A stretch of 63,626 nt of DNA, the filler included, from an uncultured Methanosarcinales archaeon (GTDB lineage Archaea; Nanobdellota; Nanobdellia; Woesearchaeales; CAYNLP01): the NCBI GenBank assembly GCA_964398115.1. It is 4 parts of 4 records of this genome, joined end to end, with 100 filler letters (N's around TTAATTAATTAA, not from the genome) between each part and the next. Parts side by side here need not be neighbours in the genome. Positions count along the whole stretch, not along the records: positions 34,743 to 50,811 come from CAYNLP010000020.1; 3 more parts are not named here. The stretch is one strand, 5' to 3'. A model generated the notes under the pieces. It ran no database searches, was not told the DNA's origin, and worked only from the letters and a program-made list of their open reading frames with translations. Below, in pieces: positions 38,380 through 48,615 of this stretch. Made by a program: the position numbers and the translations under genes. The first letter of the stretch is position 1; every line of letters starts with the position of its first letter.

Positions 38380-39782
38380 GATAACTTGAAAAAGAACCTC
38401 GCTAATTTTTTCGTAAAATCTGTCAAATACTTTTCAGACATGAACTTATTCAAAACTTTCTTATTCGCTTGGCTAACAGTAGGATACACGTGAATCATTT
38501 GACTTACGTCCTTAACCTTCATACTTTCTTTAACTGCCAAGATAAACTCATGGATGACTTCTCCAGCATTTGGTAACAACAAGGTTGCACCCTTCAAAAA
38601 ACCATCCTTAATCACAACTTGAGCTAAACCTTCATCATAACTCTCCGTCAAAAACCTATCAACTTTAGAACCCTCCAACGTATAGACATCAAATCCTTTC
38701 TTTCTACCATCTTCAGCACTCATGCCAACGTGAGCGAGTTCCGGATCAATAAAAGTAGTCCACGGCACAACGGAATAATCAACTTCCCTCTTGAACGGAA
38801 AAAACAAATTCCAAACTATTGTCTTAGCTTCGTGTTCAGCCATGTGCGTGAATTGATACGGTCCTACAACATCGCCGCACGCAAAGATGTGTTTCTGAGA
38901 AGTCCGCATATACTTGTCCACTTCAATACTCCCTCTGTCATCCACTTCAATCCCTGCCTTATCCAAATTCAACCCCCTAACGTTAGGTCTCTGACCAGTA
39001 GCAATGAGTATTTCATCGAAACGTTCTTCAACACCCTCACCCGAACACTCAGCAGTAACTAAAACCCTGTCATCTGAAGAAACCTCTTCTACCCTTGCAC
39101 CAGTATAAATCGTTATTCCTTCTTTTTCAAAAATTTGAGCAACCCTTTGAGAAAAAACTTCATCCTCCTTTGACAGAATACGATTTGAATGTTCAAAGAT
39201 TGTAACGTCACTGCCAAGACGAGAAAAAGCTTGAGCCATTTCAGACCCGATAGGTCCACCGCCTACTATTGCGAGTTTTTCAGGAAGTTCATCTAATGAA
39301 AAAATACTTTCATTAGTCAAGTAATCAACTTCATCCAAACCTTCAATTGGAGGTGTGAAAGCTTTCGAACCAGTCGCTATAACAAACTTTTCTCCTTCAA
39401 TAATTTCATCATCCACTTTCACCTGGTTTTCTGAAACAAACTCTGGACTTCCATAGATAACATCTACCCCTAAACTCTCAAATCTTTCCTTGCTGTCATG
39501 CTCTTGAATTGTGTTGATAACGTCTTGAACGTGATTACTAACTTTGGACATGTCCACTTCTTCAACGTTGATATCTAAACCATACTTATCAGAATTCCTG
39601 GCTTGGTGAGCTACTTTGGCACTTTTTATCAACGTCTTGCTAGGAACGCATCCGTAATGGAGACAATCCCCTCCAAGCTCTTCTTTTTCTATTAAAGCGA
39701 CATTAATTTCAAAATTTGCTGCTCCAGCTGCGGTCACTAAACCTCCGCTTCCACCCCCTATTACTACAACGTCGTATTTCAT
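38376..39782 (-). CDS. Pyridine nucleotide-disulphide oxidoreductase (MerA/LpdA-like)
   Basis: GGGSGG, GGDCLHYGCVPSK, GGGPIG.E, HVYPT; no C-terminal Cys-Cys pair. Confidence 0.88.
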   Translation of the reverse strand: MKYDVVVIGGGSGGLVTAAGAANFEINVALIEKEELGGDCLHYGCVPSKTLIKSAKVAHQARNSDKYGLDINVEEVDMSKVSNHVQDVINTIQEHDSKERFESLGVDVIYGSPEFVSENQVKVDDEIIEGEKFVIATGSKAFTPPIEGLDEVDYLTNESIFSLDELPEKLAIVGGGPIGSEMAQAFSRLGSDVTIFEHSNRILSKEDEVFSQRVAQIFEKEGITIYTGARVEEVSSDDRVLVTAECSGEGVEERFDEILIATGQRPNVRGLNLDKAGIEVDDRGSIEVDKYMRTSQKHIFACGDVVGPYQFTHMAEHEAKTIVWNLFFPFKREVDYSVVPWTTFIDPELAHVGMSAEDGRKKGFDVYTLEGSKVDRFLTESYDEGLAQVVIKDGFLKGATLLLPNAGEVIHEFILAVKESMKVKDVSQMIHVYPTVSQANKKVLNKFMSEKYLTDFTKKLARFFFKLS

Positions 39783-40435
39783 ACGTATCCCTTGACAAGC
39801 ATTCTGCCGAGCGTACTTAACTGGATTGCTGTTTTACCATCTTGTTCAACCGTATCAACCAAGCCGAGATCTTTCAAACCATCACTTTTCAAGTTTCCGT
39901 TTACGTGGTATGAAATTAAAGGTAAGCTCATACCTGTTTTTTCACTCAATTGTTCAAGAGAACTGCAACAATCTTCTTCTTTAAATATCAGTTTGAGAAT
40001 GTTCATTTTCTTATCCGTGAGTTGCTTGTAATAAGAGAATTTCAGGACTGGAAGGAGCATAGGTTCACCGTTTCGTACGCCCATAGCTTTCAAACCATTA
40101 ACGAAAGCTGCGCTTACTGCAATACAACTCATAATCTTGTCACCTGTAGATACATTTATTATGATATCCTTTTGATCGTCTTCATCTGTTCTTTCTTCTT
40201 CAGCTTTCTTAATCTCGCCTACTGCTTGGAACATTCCCTCCCATAAATCACTACCGATTTCTTTCCTCTGAGTTGGGATTTGAAACCTTTTTAAGTCTTT
40301 TTCAGCTTTTTTCGCATTTTCTTTTTGATCAGGAGGAGTTATAAGAACTACTCTGTCAGTTGGGAACTCTTTGATACCTACGAATAGGGCGTCGATATTA
40401 TCTCCTACAGGTGCTATCATTACATTATTTGCCAT
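39779..40435 (-). CDS. CARF-like Rossmann domain + winged-HTH transcriptional regulator (DUF6293/Csa3-like)
   Basis: IAPVG..., DRVVLI, IIINVSTGDK..S..A..AAF, then SLEQLSEKTGMSLPLISYH..L..LGLV. Confidence 0.7.
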   Translation of the reverse strand: MANNVMIAPVGDNIDALFVGIKEFPTDRVVLITPPDQKENAKKAEKDLKRFQIPTQRKEIGSDLWEGMFQAVGEIKKAEEERTDEDDQKDIIINVSTGDKIMSCIAVSAAFVNGLKAMGVRNGEPMLLPVLKFSYYKQLTDKKMNILKLIFKEEDCCSSLEQLSEKTGMSLPLISYHVNGNLKSDGLKDLGLVDTVEQDGKTAIQLSTLGRMLVKGYV

Positions 40436-40529
40436 CCTCTCACCTCTAATTTAAACTATACATTTATATTTCAATAATTGATTAATAAAAATAACTTTGC
40501 TTTAAAACTTAAATAAATAATTTAACCAG

Positions 40530-41207
40530 TTATTTGTGTTTATTGACAAGCTGCTGGAATCTACTGACAGGCTGTGAACCAACCAAGACCTCGCCCCTAA
40601 AAGGCTGACGGTTAGAATTACCTACAACAAATCCAGGAGTTCCTGTAATACCAGACTGGCTCCCCTCCTTCAAATCTTGCTCCACTTCAGACTTGGTATT
40701 TTCATTTTCATAACAACTCGTAAAGCTATCCATGTCAGCACCTGCTTGGCGAGCATAACCCTTCAACGCAGCATCTGTCAAATTATTTTGGTTTTCAAAA
40801 ACTAGATCATGGAAATTCCAAAATAAATCATTACCTTGTCTGAAAACACATTCGCCAGCAATCGCGGCAGGCATAGCTCGGTCATGCATGCTCTGAAGAG
40901 GAAAATTCTTATATACCAGCTTTACTTGACCACTCTCAATATATCTACTTTCCAATTCTTTCAAAGTATTTCTGTAAAACCTACCACAGAATGGACATTC
41001 AAAATCACTATATTCAACAATAGTTACTGGAGCATCTTCAGCTCCTTTAAAAGGCTCATTCTGAATTGGAGTAGTAGTCATCTGAGAATTACTTTCAGGA
41101 CTAGCTAATCCAAACCAATTAGTCCAAAAACCAACGAATAATAAGACTATAATACCAAATATGGTGAAAGCCACAATGTTCTCAACTTTTTCGTTATCCT
41201 CTCCCAT
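40530..41207 (-). CDS. DsbA family thiol-disulphide oxidoreductase
   Basis: N-terminal TM, G..DAPVTIVEYSDFECPFC, GITGTP. Confidence 0.92.
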   Translation of the reverse strand: MGEDNEKVENIVAFTIFGIIVLLFVGFWTNWFGLASPESNSQMTTTPIQNEPFKGAEDAPVTIVEYSDFECPFCGRFYRNTLKELESRYIESGQVKLVYKNFPLQSMHDRAMPAAIAGECVFRQGNDLFWNFHDLVFENQNNLTDAALKGYARQAGADMDSFTSCYENENTKSEVEQDLKEGSQSGITGTPGFVVGNSNRQPFRGEVLVGSQPVSRFQQLVNKHK

Positions 41208-41245
41208 AGTGAAGCACTAAAATACTATGTTGATTATAAATATTA

Positions 41246-42481
41246 CTATATCTCGCTTGAGTCCCTGCTGAAAAACAAGTCAAACGTCCAATCAAGCATA
41301 ACCCTAAACTTGTTCTCCAAACCGATTAATTTAGATAGGTAAATAGTTCGCCACATCCACCAAGCAGGAAATCCATAAAACCTAACAGGTCCTATCTTTG
41401 CAATAGCTTGCCCATTACCCATGCTTGCCAAGAAACCCTTACTCTCAAACTCAAACGATTCCAAATCTCTTCCTCGTAAACTATTCAAAATATTTGTGGA
41501 AACAGCTTTAGCCTGTTGCTGAGCCAACTGAGCTGTTGGAGGAGGATGTTGTCCATTCTTCGGGTTTTCATAACTTGCGAAATCTCCCAAAGCATAAACG
41601 TCTTCATAACCCTCAACTTGTAAATTAGAATTCACAGGCAAAGCCCCTCGTTCTTTTTCTACACCCTTTACGGGCATATCTCTCGGTTTAACACCTGCCG
41701 TCCAAATAATAGTTCCGGCAGTAAGCTTCTTCTCTTCATCATCTTGTTCAAACTTGACATAACTTTCACCCACTTCTTGCGCCAAACCACCCATATGCAA
41801 ATTAATACCTTTCCTTTCCAAAATGTTCATAGCTTTATCCCTCAACTTCTCATCAATACCTTTCAACACTTTATCATTTGGATCGATTAAATGAACTGAA
41901 ACTTCATCCATGTTCACATTTGGATATTCCTTGGCAAAATTGTTATGTATCAATTCAGAAATTTCACAGCTAAGCTCCACACCTGTCGGGCCGCCACCTA
42001 CTACGACGAAAGTTAAACAATCTATACGAGCTTCCTTATCCTCTTTAACATTCGCCTCTTCAAACTTGTTAATAATATGTCTACGCATCTTGTAAGCATC
42101 ATCCAAGTCCTTCAAAGTTAAAGCGTGTTCCTTACCTTCTAAACCGAAAAAGTTGGTTTCGCTTCCTAAAGCATTAACTAAAATATCATAGTCAAATTCG
42201 CCCACATTTGTATTTACCACTTCACTTTCTAAATTAATTGAATTAACAGTCGCTTTGCAAAATCTGAAATTCTCTCCATCTAGTATTTGCCGTATAGGTT
42301 CCACGATGTTATGAACTCTAATATTTCCAGTAGCCACTTCGTGAAGCATAGGAACAAACAAGAAATAGTTGGACTCGTTAATCAATGTTACTCGAGCCTC
42401 TTCTTTTCTCAATTCTCTAAGAAGATAATGCGCTGTGTAAATACCGCCGAATCCTCCTCCCAAAATTAAGATTTTCTTCAT
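41246..42481 (-). CDS. ndh: Type II NADH dehydrogenase (NDH-2)
   Basis: GGGFGG, F.PMLHEVATG, GGGPTGVE, WTAGV, AQLAQQQ, G.LASMG, G..AWWMWRTIYL. Confidence 0.88.
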   Translation of the reverse strand: MKKILILGGGFGGIYTAHYLLRELRKEEARVTLINESNYFLFVPMLHEVATGNIRVHNIVEPIRQILDGENFRFCKATVNSINLESEVVNTNVGEFDYDILVNALGSETNFFGLEGKEHALTLKDLDDAYKMRRHIINKFEEANVKEDKEARIDCLTFVVVGGGPTGVELSCEISELIHNNFAKEYPNVNMDEVSVHLIDPNDKVLKGIDEKLRDKAMNILERKGINLHMGGLAQEVGESYVKFEQDDEEKKLTAGTIIWTAGVKPRDMPVKGVEKERGALPVNSNLQVEGYEDVYALGDFASYENPKNGQHPPPTAQLAQQQAKAVSTNILNSLRGRDLESFEFESKGFLASMGNGQAIAKIGPVRFYGFPAWWMWRTIYLSKLIGLENKFRVMLDWTFDLFFSRDSSEI

Positions 42482-42517
42482 GTTGTAAAAACATCCGGCA
42501 TTTTTTGATATAAAAAA

Positions 42518-43201
42518 TTAGTGTTTAATCACAGTCCCTTCAAATTCTGAACCGTTCAGATAATTTTCTACATTTTCTAAATTAGAACCATTCAATATAA
42601 CCACTTCCAAATCCAATTCTTTAGCTTTCTCTGCAGCGACTGGATCAAAAGGAGCATTAAGCCCCGGATTCCAATCATCAGGTAATAAATCAATAAATTC
42701 ATTCCAGCTTAAACTCTCAAATGGAATGGCCTCGGAATTACTTGAAGGATCTTTATCATAAACATAAGATATATCTGAAAGGTTTAAAAGCTTATCAGCA
42801 TTTAGCTTTTCAGCCAATAAAACAGCGTCATAATCAGTGCTGCAACCAGGTTTCCAACCGGAACCTATAAGGATGTCCTCTTCAAAATCTACATCTTTAG
42901 AGTAATCATCCACGATTCTAGGATGAGCTTCTCTATAGAAGATAGTTCTCATAAGATGAGCGTTTAGCCTAGTGGCGTGGATTCCAAGCCAATCCACATC
43001 TTCATCAGTCAAGTCAATAATTTCGCTGGCGGCTTCTTGATACTTTCGAGCCGTCTGACCGCCACCAGTAACTATTGCAAACTGTTTTCCTTCCTCAATC
43101 TGGTTTTGTATTAAATCCTTGAACTCCTTCAAGAAAGAAATATCTATCTCTTCAGGAACTATCAAAGAACCACCAACCGAAATAATAACTGTTTCCGACA
43201 T
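42518..43201 (-). CDS. pyrH: Uridylate kinase (archaeal type)
   Basis: ISVGGS, VTGGG..ARKY, D.LGI.ATRLNA, GWKPG.STD, PFDPVA. Confidence 0.95.
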   Translation of the reverse strand: MSETVIISVGGSLIVPEEIDISFLKEFKDLIQNQIEEGKQFAIVTGGGQTARKYQEAASEIIDLTDEDVDWLGIHATRLNAHLMRTIFYREAHPRIVDDYSKDVDFEEDILIGSGWKPGCSTDYDAVLLAEKLNADKLLNLSDISYVYDKDPSSNSEAIPFESLSWNEFIDLLPDDWNPGLNAPFDPVAAEKAKELDLEVVILNGSNLENVENYLNGSEFEGTVIKH

Positions 43202-43283
43202 TATACCAATGGCGTTGCTATTGATTAATAAATTGAACGGTTAAAGACTAATTATTTAATTCAAAAAACTTTCTCTCAATAAT

Positions 43284-44213
43284 ATGAAGAAAATAATCTT
43301 AGCACTAGTAGTAATAGTAGCTGCTTGTTCACAACAACCCGTAACAGAAGACAATAATAGTGAAATCAAAGTAGATGAGGACGGAACCAAATTCTTAGTA
43401 CCCGAAGGAAAAATAATAGAGGGAGGACCACCAAAAGACGGCATACCATCCATAGACAATCCTGACTTTATCGTTGCCAATGAGGTAGACTGGCTAAAAC
43501 CAAATGATGAAGTTCTAGCAATCGACTATCAAGGAGTACAGAAAGCGTATCCATTAAAGATCATGACTTGGCATGAAATAGTAAATGATGAAATAAATAA
43601 CACACCACTAGCTATAACTTACTGTCCTTTATGCCGTACAGGAATAGCATATCACAGAAAAATCCAAGGAAAAACCTACGAATTTGGTGTTAGTGGAAAA
43701 CTGTACAATAGCAATTTAGTAATGTATGACCGGCAAACAGATAGTCTTTGGAGTCAAGTTGAAGGCTTAGCTATAAGAGGTCCAATGACTGGCACAGAAC
43801 TAAAAGCAGTAGGAGTAGATACAGTAACCTGGAAGGAATGGAAAACATCACATCCACAGACCTTGGTTTTAAGCAAAGAAACAGGATACAATCGACCTTA
43901 CGATAAAGATCCATACACTTCTTATTTCAACAGTAGTAATGTAATGTTTCCTTTGGATAATGAAGATGATAGACTATATCCAAAAGACGTAGTATATGGT
44001 ATAGAAGTAAATGGTACTTACAAAGCGTATCCAGAAAAGAAAATAAACCAAACCTTAAAAGATACAATAAAAGGTGTTAAGATACGTGTCGAAAAACAGG
44101 ATGACGGTCAAGTCAAATTTATTAACGAAAACACTAACACAACGATCCCTCCAACCAAAGGATTTTGGTTTGCGTGGGTAGCTTTCCATCCAGACACGGA
44201 GTTGATGAAATAA
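43284..44213 (+). CDS. DUF3179 family lipoprotein
   Basis: GGPPKDGIPSID.P, HEIVND, TYCPLC, FGVSGKLYNSNLVMYDRQTDSLWSQ, FWFAW.AFHP. Confidence 0.9.
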   Translation: MKKIILALVVIVAACSQQPVTEDNNSEIKVDEDGTKFLVPEGKIIEGGPPKDGIPSIDNPDFIVANEVDWLKPNDEVLAIDYQGVQKAYPLKIMTWHEIVNDEINNTPLAITYCPLCRTGIAYHRKIQGKTYEFGVSGKLYNSNLVMYDRQTDSLWSQVEGLAIRGPMTGTELKAVGVDTVTWKEWKTSHPQTLVLSKETGYNRPYDKDPYTSYFNSSNVMFPLDNEDDRLYPKDVVYGIEVNGTYKAYPEKKINQTLKDTIKGVKIRVEKQDDGQVKFINENTNTTIPPTKGFWFAWVAFHPDTELMK

Positions 44214-44846
44214 ATGGAAACCCTTGTTTGTATTGATAGAGACGGCACTTTGATTTACGATGACAAATACTACCTCGGAAGTCAGGAAGACTGGCAAGAA
44301 CTAATTGAATTTTTGCCAGGCGTAGTTGAAGGGGTGAAAAGCTTGAATGAACTAAATAATATAGGAATTTACATGATCACTAATCAGTCAGGCATTGCGA
44401 TGAAAGACCTTCCATTACTGACAGAAGAGAGAGCGGAAAAAGTTTGTGAAGAAATACTGACCAGGTTGGAGCAAAAAGGTGCTCATATCGACGACTACTT
44501 CTTCTGTCCACACGTGGACCCTGAATATATTGAGAAAAGAAGTGAAAGAGAATTTAATGACGAAATGGTGTGTGAGTGTGAGTGCATCAAGCCAAGACTG
44601 GGCATGGTGTTTGACGCTCTGAAATCCAAAGGTGTGACTAGAGACGATGTTAACTTATATGTTATAGGGGATCGTGCTTCAGATGTTAAAACCGCACTAA
44701 ATGCAGGAGGAGAAGGAATTCTTGTCCCGTTTGAAAACGAGCCGGGAGAAAAAGAGAAAGTAAATGAAATGTTTGATGATGAAGTTTTCATAGCAGATGA
44801 TTTCTTAGAAGCTGCTCGTTATATAGTTTCACAAGAACAAGGATAA
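44214..44846 (+). CDS. HAD-IIIA phosphatase (GmhB/HisB-like)
   Basis: DRDGTL, TNQSG, CPH...C.C.KP, IGDR.SD. Confidence 0.9.
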   Translation: METLVCIDRDGTLIYDDKYYLGSQEDWQELIEFLPGVVEGVKSLNELNNIGIYMITNQSGIAMKDLPLLTEERAEKVCEEILTRLEQKGAHIDDYFFCPHVDPEYIEKRSEREFNDEMVCECECIKPRLGMVFDALKSKGVTRDDVNLYVIGDRASDVKTALNAGGEGILVPFENEPGEKEKVNEMFDDEVFIADDFLEAARYIVSQEQG

Positions 44847-45650
44847 TATTGTCACTACGGCCAATATCACGAATAAGCTGCCAACCACTATTTCCCTCTT
44901 TTCTTCAGGTATAAGTTCAGAAACTTTAACGCCTAACTGTCCTCCTAGTAACACTCCAGGTATGGTGAAGATCAAAATGTTGAAAACCTGTTCTAACTGG
45001 TTTAAGGATTGAGTGAAGAAAGCGTAGGCGTGACTAGCACTTCCTACTAATACTGTTAAGGCGACTACAAATACACTTGTCCCAGCAGCAATCGGACCAT
45101 GCATTTCGTATTTTTTGAGAAGAGCGAAATCATTCATTTCTCCAATTCCTGTGCTTACCATACCTCCAAGCAATCCGCCAATTGCTGTGAGCAATCCAAC
45201 CATGATTTTATTTTCAGGTGTTCTATAGCAATCTTGTTCTTCATCATGAGTACAAGGCTCTTGCTTCTGATGACATTTCAAAGTCACAGTTTTATCCGGT
45301 TCTATAATCCGTATTGCCAAAATCAAAAGGAGGCCAGCAAGCGTGAGTTTGATCCAAACTTCGGGAATAGAATTAGCTACAAAAGCGCCTATCATGGCTG
45401 CAGGTATAGTAAAGCAAAGGATGAAAATGCCAACTTTATATTCGATAAGTTTCTTCCTGGCAAAACCAAGTAATCCACTACCAAATCCGAAGACTTCAAT
45501 GAACAATCCAACACCAACCGCTATATTTGCAGGTATTCTAAGCACGAGCAAGAAGAAAGGAGTGAACATTGCTGCTCCACCAATCCCTACAGCCATGGCT
45601 ATCGTGGCGAACAGAACTCCGATAGGAAACATGAACCAATATTCTAACAT
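44829..45650 (-). CDS. TauE/SafE family exporter
   Basis: GIGGAAMFTP, AVG.GL, G.GE, A.GTS, GV.LGGQLG. Confidence 0.88.
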   Translation of the reverse strand: MLEYWFMFPIGVLFATIAMAVGIGGAAMFTPFFLLVLRIPANIAVGVGLFIEVFGFGSGLLGFARKKLIEYKVGIFILCFTIPAAMIGAFVANSIPEVWIKLTLAGLLLILAIRIIEPDKTVTLKCHQKQEPCTHDEEQDCYRTPENKIMVGLLTAIGGLLGGMVSTGIGEMNDFALLKKYEMHGPIAAGTSVFVVALTVLVGSASHAYAFFTQSLNQLEQVFNILIFTIPGVLLGGQLGVKVSELIPEEKREIVVGSLFVILAVVTILSLFL

Positions 45651-45765
45651 TATTTTCTTACCAATCAACCTAGTTTATATTATTTTTCAAAAAACATTTA
45701 TTTTCTATATAGAAAAGAACTGGTTAAACGTTACATATATAAACAACCCCAATCTCGATGCCAAT

Positions 45766-46158
45766 ATGGAAAAAGACAAAATAGGACTATTTATACTAAG
45801 AGCAGGTCTTGGAATATTCCTACTATTATGGGGAATCGATAAATTAGTCGCTCCAGGTAGTGCAGTCAAAATATTCAAAAACTTCTACAAATCCAGTATC
45901 AGCACACAATTAGCCTACGGCTTTGGAATAGCCGAAATAATACTAAGCATACTCATAATAATAGGATTATGGAAAACATGGACATACGGTCTTGGCCTAG
46001 CAATACACGCCGTATCAACCATTGCAAGCTGGAAACAACTACTAAATCCATTCGGATCAAACCACTTGTTCATAGCTGGAATACCAGTCTTAACAGCATT
46101 CATAGCTCTATATCTTCTCCGAGAAAAAGATACACTATGGACACTGGATGATAGATAA
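45766..46158 (+). CDS. DoxX family membrane protein
   Basis: LRAGLGIFLLLWGIDKL..P, NHLF.AG.PV. Confidence 0.8.
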   Translation: MEKDKIGLFILRAGLGIFLLLWGIDKLVAPGSAVKIFKNFYKSSISTQLAYGFGIAEIILSILIIIGLWKTWTYGLGLAIHAVSTIASWKQLLNPFGSNHLFIAGIPVLTAFIALYLLREKDTLWTLDDR

Positions 46159-46205
46159 AGTTAAAAACAAAACATCTTCAATAAGTAAGTGAGAGGTGGG
46201 TTAAT

Positions 46206-47501
46206 TTGAATTCAAACTTAACATTCCATTCTGAAAACTCAAACATTCCAGAAGGAAGAATGCAAGAACAAGCAGAACGACTACAACCAATTATCGAAGA
46301 AATGAGAGAAACCCTACAAAAAAATAATTATGAAGACCAATATGCTTCTATAAAACTCGCCGACGACCACGAATACCACGAGCGAATAATGCAACTCGCC
46401 CACACTAAAGGAAGAGGAGTTGAAACACTAATAATATGTGGCATAGGAGGATCCAACCTCGGAACCAAAGCAATGATAGAAGCAGTCCTCGGAGAAATGC
46501 ACAACCACATACCCGACATTCCAAAAGTATACTTTGCAGACACCACCGACGCAGCTAAGATAAAAGACATACTAAACGTGACAGAAAAACACATACACAA
46601 CGGCGACGACATACTACTAAACATAGTCACAAAATCCGGAACCACAACAGAAACAATAGCCAACGCAGAAACCTTCATGAACCTATTAGAAGAGCACGGA
46701 AGATCCATCCAAGATAACGTAGTCATAACCACACAATACGACAGTCCCTTATGGAACTTAGCAGAAGAAATGAACATCGATAAACTAGGAATTCCCGAAA
46801 AAGTCGGAGGGAGATACAGCGTTTTCTCAGCTGTAGGACTCTTTCCCTTAGCAATATTAGGATTAGACATTAAAGATATGATGAAAGGCGTTAGAGACAT
46901 GAGAGACATCTGCCTTCAAGACTTCCACCAAAACCCTGCAGCGCAAAGCGCCGCCGCACTATATTACCACAATCACAACCACAGAAACATACACGACACT
47001 TTCATCTTCAGCACCGGATTAGAAACCGTAGGGAAATGGTACAGACAACTAATGGCCGAAAGCCTAGGCAAACAAGGCAAAGGCATGACCCCAAACGTGA
47101 GCATAGGAAGCACAGACCTACACAGCATGGCACAACTATACCTTGGAGGACCAGAAGACAAATTCACCACGTTCATAACAATACAAAACGACAAAGCCAG
47201 AGTGAAAGTTCCACAATTTGACGAAAAATTTCAACAACTAACACAAGTCGAAGGCAAAAGCTACGAAGAGATTAGAAACGCAATATTTGAAGGCACTAAA
47301 AAAGCATATGAAAACAAAGACAAACCACACTGGCACATCGAACTATTAGACCGAGGAGAATACACCACTGCACAACTCCTACAATTCAAAATGATGGAAA
47401 TCATATACTTCGGAAAACTATTAGAAGTAAACCCCTTCAACCAACCAAACGTAGAAGAATACAAAGAAGAAACCAGGAAACTACTCAACCCTGATAACTA
47501 A
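46206..47501 (+). CDS. pgi: Glucose-6-phosphate isomerase
   Basis: GIGGSNLG, TKSGTTTET, VGGRYSV.SAVGL, QLMAESLGK, DLHSMAQ, NPFNQPNVEEYK. Confidence 0.95.
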   Translation: MNSNLTFHSENSNIPEGRMQEQAERLQPIIEEMRETLQKNNYEDQYASIKLADDHEYHERIMQLAHTKGRGVETLIICGIGGSNLGTKAMIEAVLGEMHNHIPDIPKVYFADTTDAAKIKDILNVTEKHIHNGDDILLNIVTKSGTTTETIANAETFMNLLEEHGRSIQDNVVITTQYDSPLWNLAEEMNIDKLGIPEKVGGRYSVFSAVGLFPLAILGLDIKDMMKGVRDMRDICLQDFHQNPAAQSAAALYYHNHNHRNIHDTFIFSTGLETVGKWYRQLMAESLGKQGKGMTPNVSIGSTDLHSMAQLYLGGPEDKFTTFITIQNDKARVKVPQFDEKFQQLTQVEGKSYEEIRNAIFEGTKKAYENKDKPHWHIELLDRGEYTTAQLLQFKMMEIIYFGKLLEVNPFNQPNVEEYKEETRKLLNPDN

Positions 47502-48615
47502 TTCTATAAACACTACCACTCTTATCATCCGAGACCAACAAACTACCATCATTTAAGACTTCAACATCCACAGGACGACCCCAACTACTACCATCCTCCT
47601 CTAACCATCCCTTCGCAAAAACTTCTTTCCCAACAGGATCGTCATCTTCCATCTCAACGAACATAACCCTATACCCAATTGGTACGTCTCGATTCCAACT
47701 ACCATGCTCAGCAATGAAAATACCGCCCTCATACCTTTCAGGAAATTGCTCTCCCTCATAAAAACGCATACCCAAAGCAGCAACATGCGGGCCAAGCTCC
47801 AACTCAGGCTTTGTATAACCACTACAACTACCACTGAATTCAGGATCTACCACATCTTTACCATGACAAAAAGGAAAACCAAAATGCAAACCTTTCCGAG
47901 GAGCATGATTCAACTCATCCGGAGGCCTGTTATCACCCAACCAATCACGACCATTATCTGTAAACCACAAATCACCAGTGCTAGGATTCCAATCAAAACC
48001 AACAGACATCCTAACACCTTCAGCATAAACTTCAAAATTACTACCATCAGAATTCATTCTAGTAATACTAGCAAAAGGCCTGGGAGGATTACAAACATTA
48101 CAAGGCGCACCCACCGGAACCCACAAATCACCCCTAGGACCAAACTTGATAAACTTCCAACCATGATGACTTTCAGAAGGAAAATCATCCCTAACCACAA
48201 CAGGACTCGGAGGATCATCCAACCTATCCAAGATGTTTTCAAACTTCAAAACACGATGAACCTCCGCCACGTACAAACTACCATTCTTGAAAGCCACACC
48301 ATTAGGCATGTATAAATCACTAGCCACTACCTCAACCTTATCCGCCTTAAAATTGCCGTCTTCATCCACTACCGCATACACTTTACCCTCATCCCTCGTA
48401 CCCACAAATAACGTGCCATTAACCATTTCTAAACTACGAGCGCCAGGAACATCTTCGGCAAAATACGTGATTCGAAAACCATCCGGTAAAGTAATGTTAG
48501 AAACACTACCGTTCACGTGTTGAGGAGAACTAGGTAAGAAAGGAGTGAAAAAACCTCTAAACAAGAATAAAAAAACACCCACAATTACCAACAGCGCTAT
48601 GACTCTCAATTTCAT
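47485..48615 (-). CDS. PQQ-dependent sugar/sorbosone dehydrogenase family protein
   Basis: LPDGF, HHGWKFI.FGP, GAPCNVC, DNGRDWLGD..PPDELN, EHGSWNR, GRPVDV. Confidence 0.9.
   Translation of the reverse strand: MKLRVIALLVIVGVFLFLFRGFFTPFLPSSPQHVNGSVSNITLPDGFRITYFAEDVPGARSLEMVNGTLFVGTRDEGKVYAVVDEDGNFKADKVEVVASDLYMPNGVAFKNGSLYVAEVHRVLKFENILDRLDDPPSPVVVRDDFPSESHHGWKFIKFGPRGDLWVPVGAPCNVCNPPRPFASITRMNSDGSNFEVYAEGVRMSVGFDWNPSTGDLWFTDNGRDWLGDNRPPDELNHAPRKGLHFGFPFCHGKDVVDPEFSGSCSGYTKPELELGPHVAALGMRFYEGEQFPERYEGGIFIAEHGSWNRDVPIGYRVMFVEMEDDDPVGKEVFAKGWLEEDGSSWGRPVDVEVLNDGSLLVSDDKSGSVYRISYQG

Noticed and set aside
38376..39782. Mercuric reductase MerA
   Set aside because: Lacks the C-terminal Cys-Cys pair and has no mer genes nearby.
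39779..40435. CRISPR-Cas locus suggested by the Csa3-like gene
   Set aside because: No cas genes or repeat-spacer array were seen anywhere in the window.
43284..44213. Selenoprotein or stop-codon recoding in DUF3179
   Set aside because: The motif is a plain CPLC with no in-frame TGA; genes across the window end normally under the standard code.
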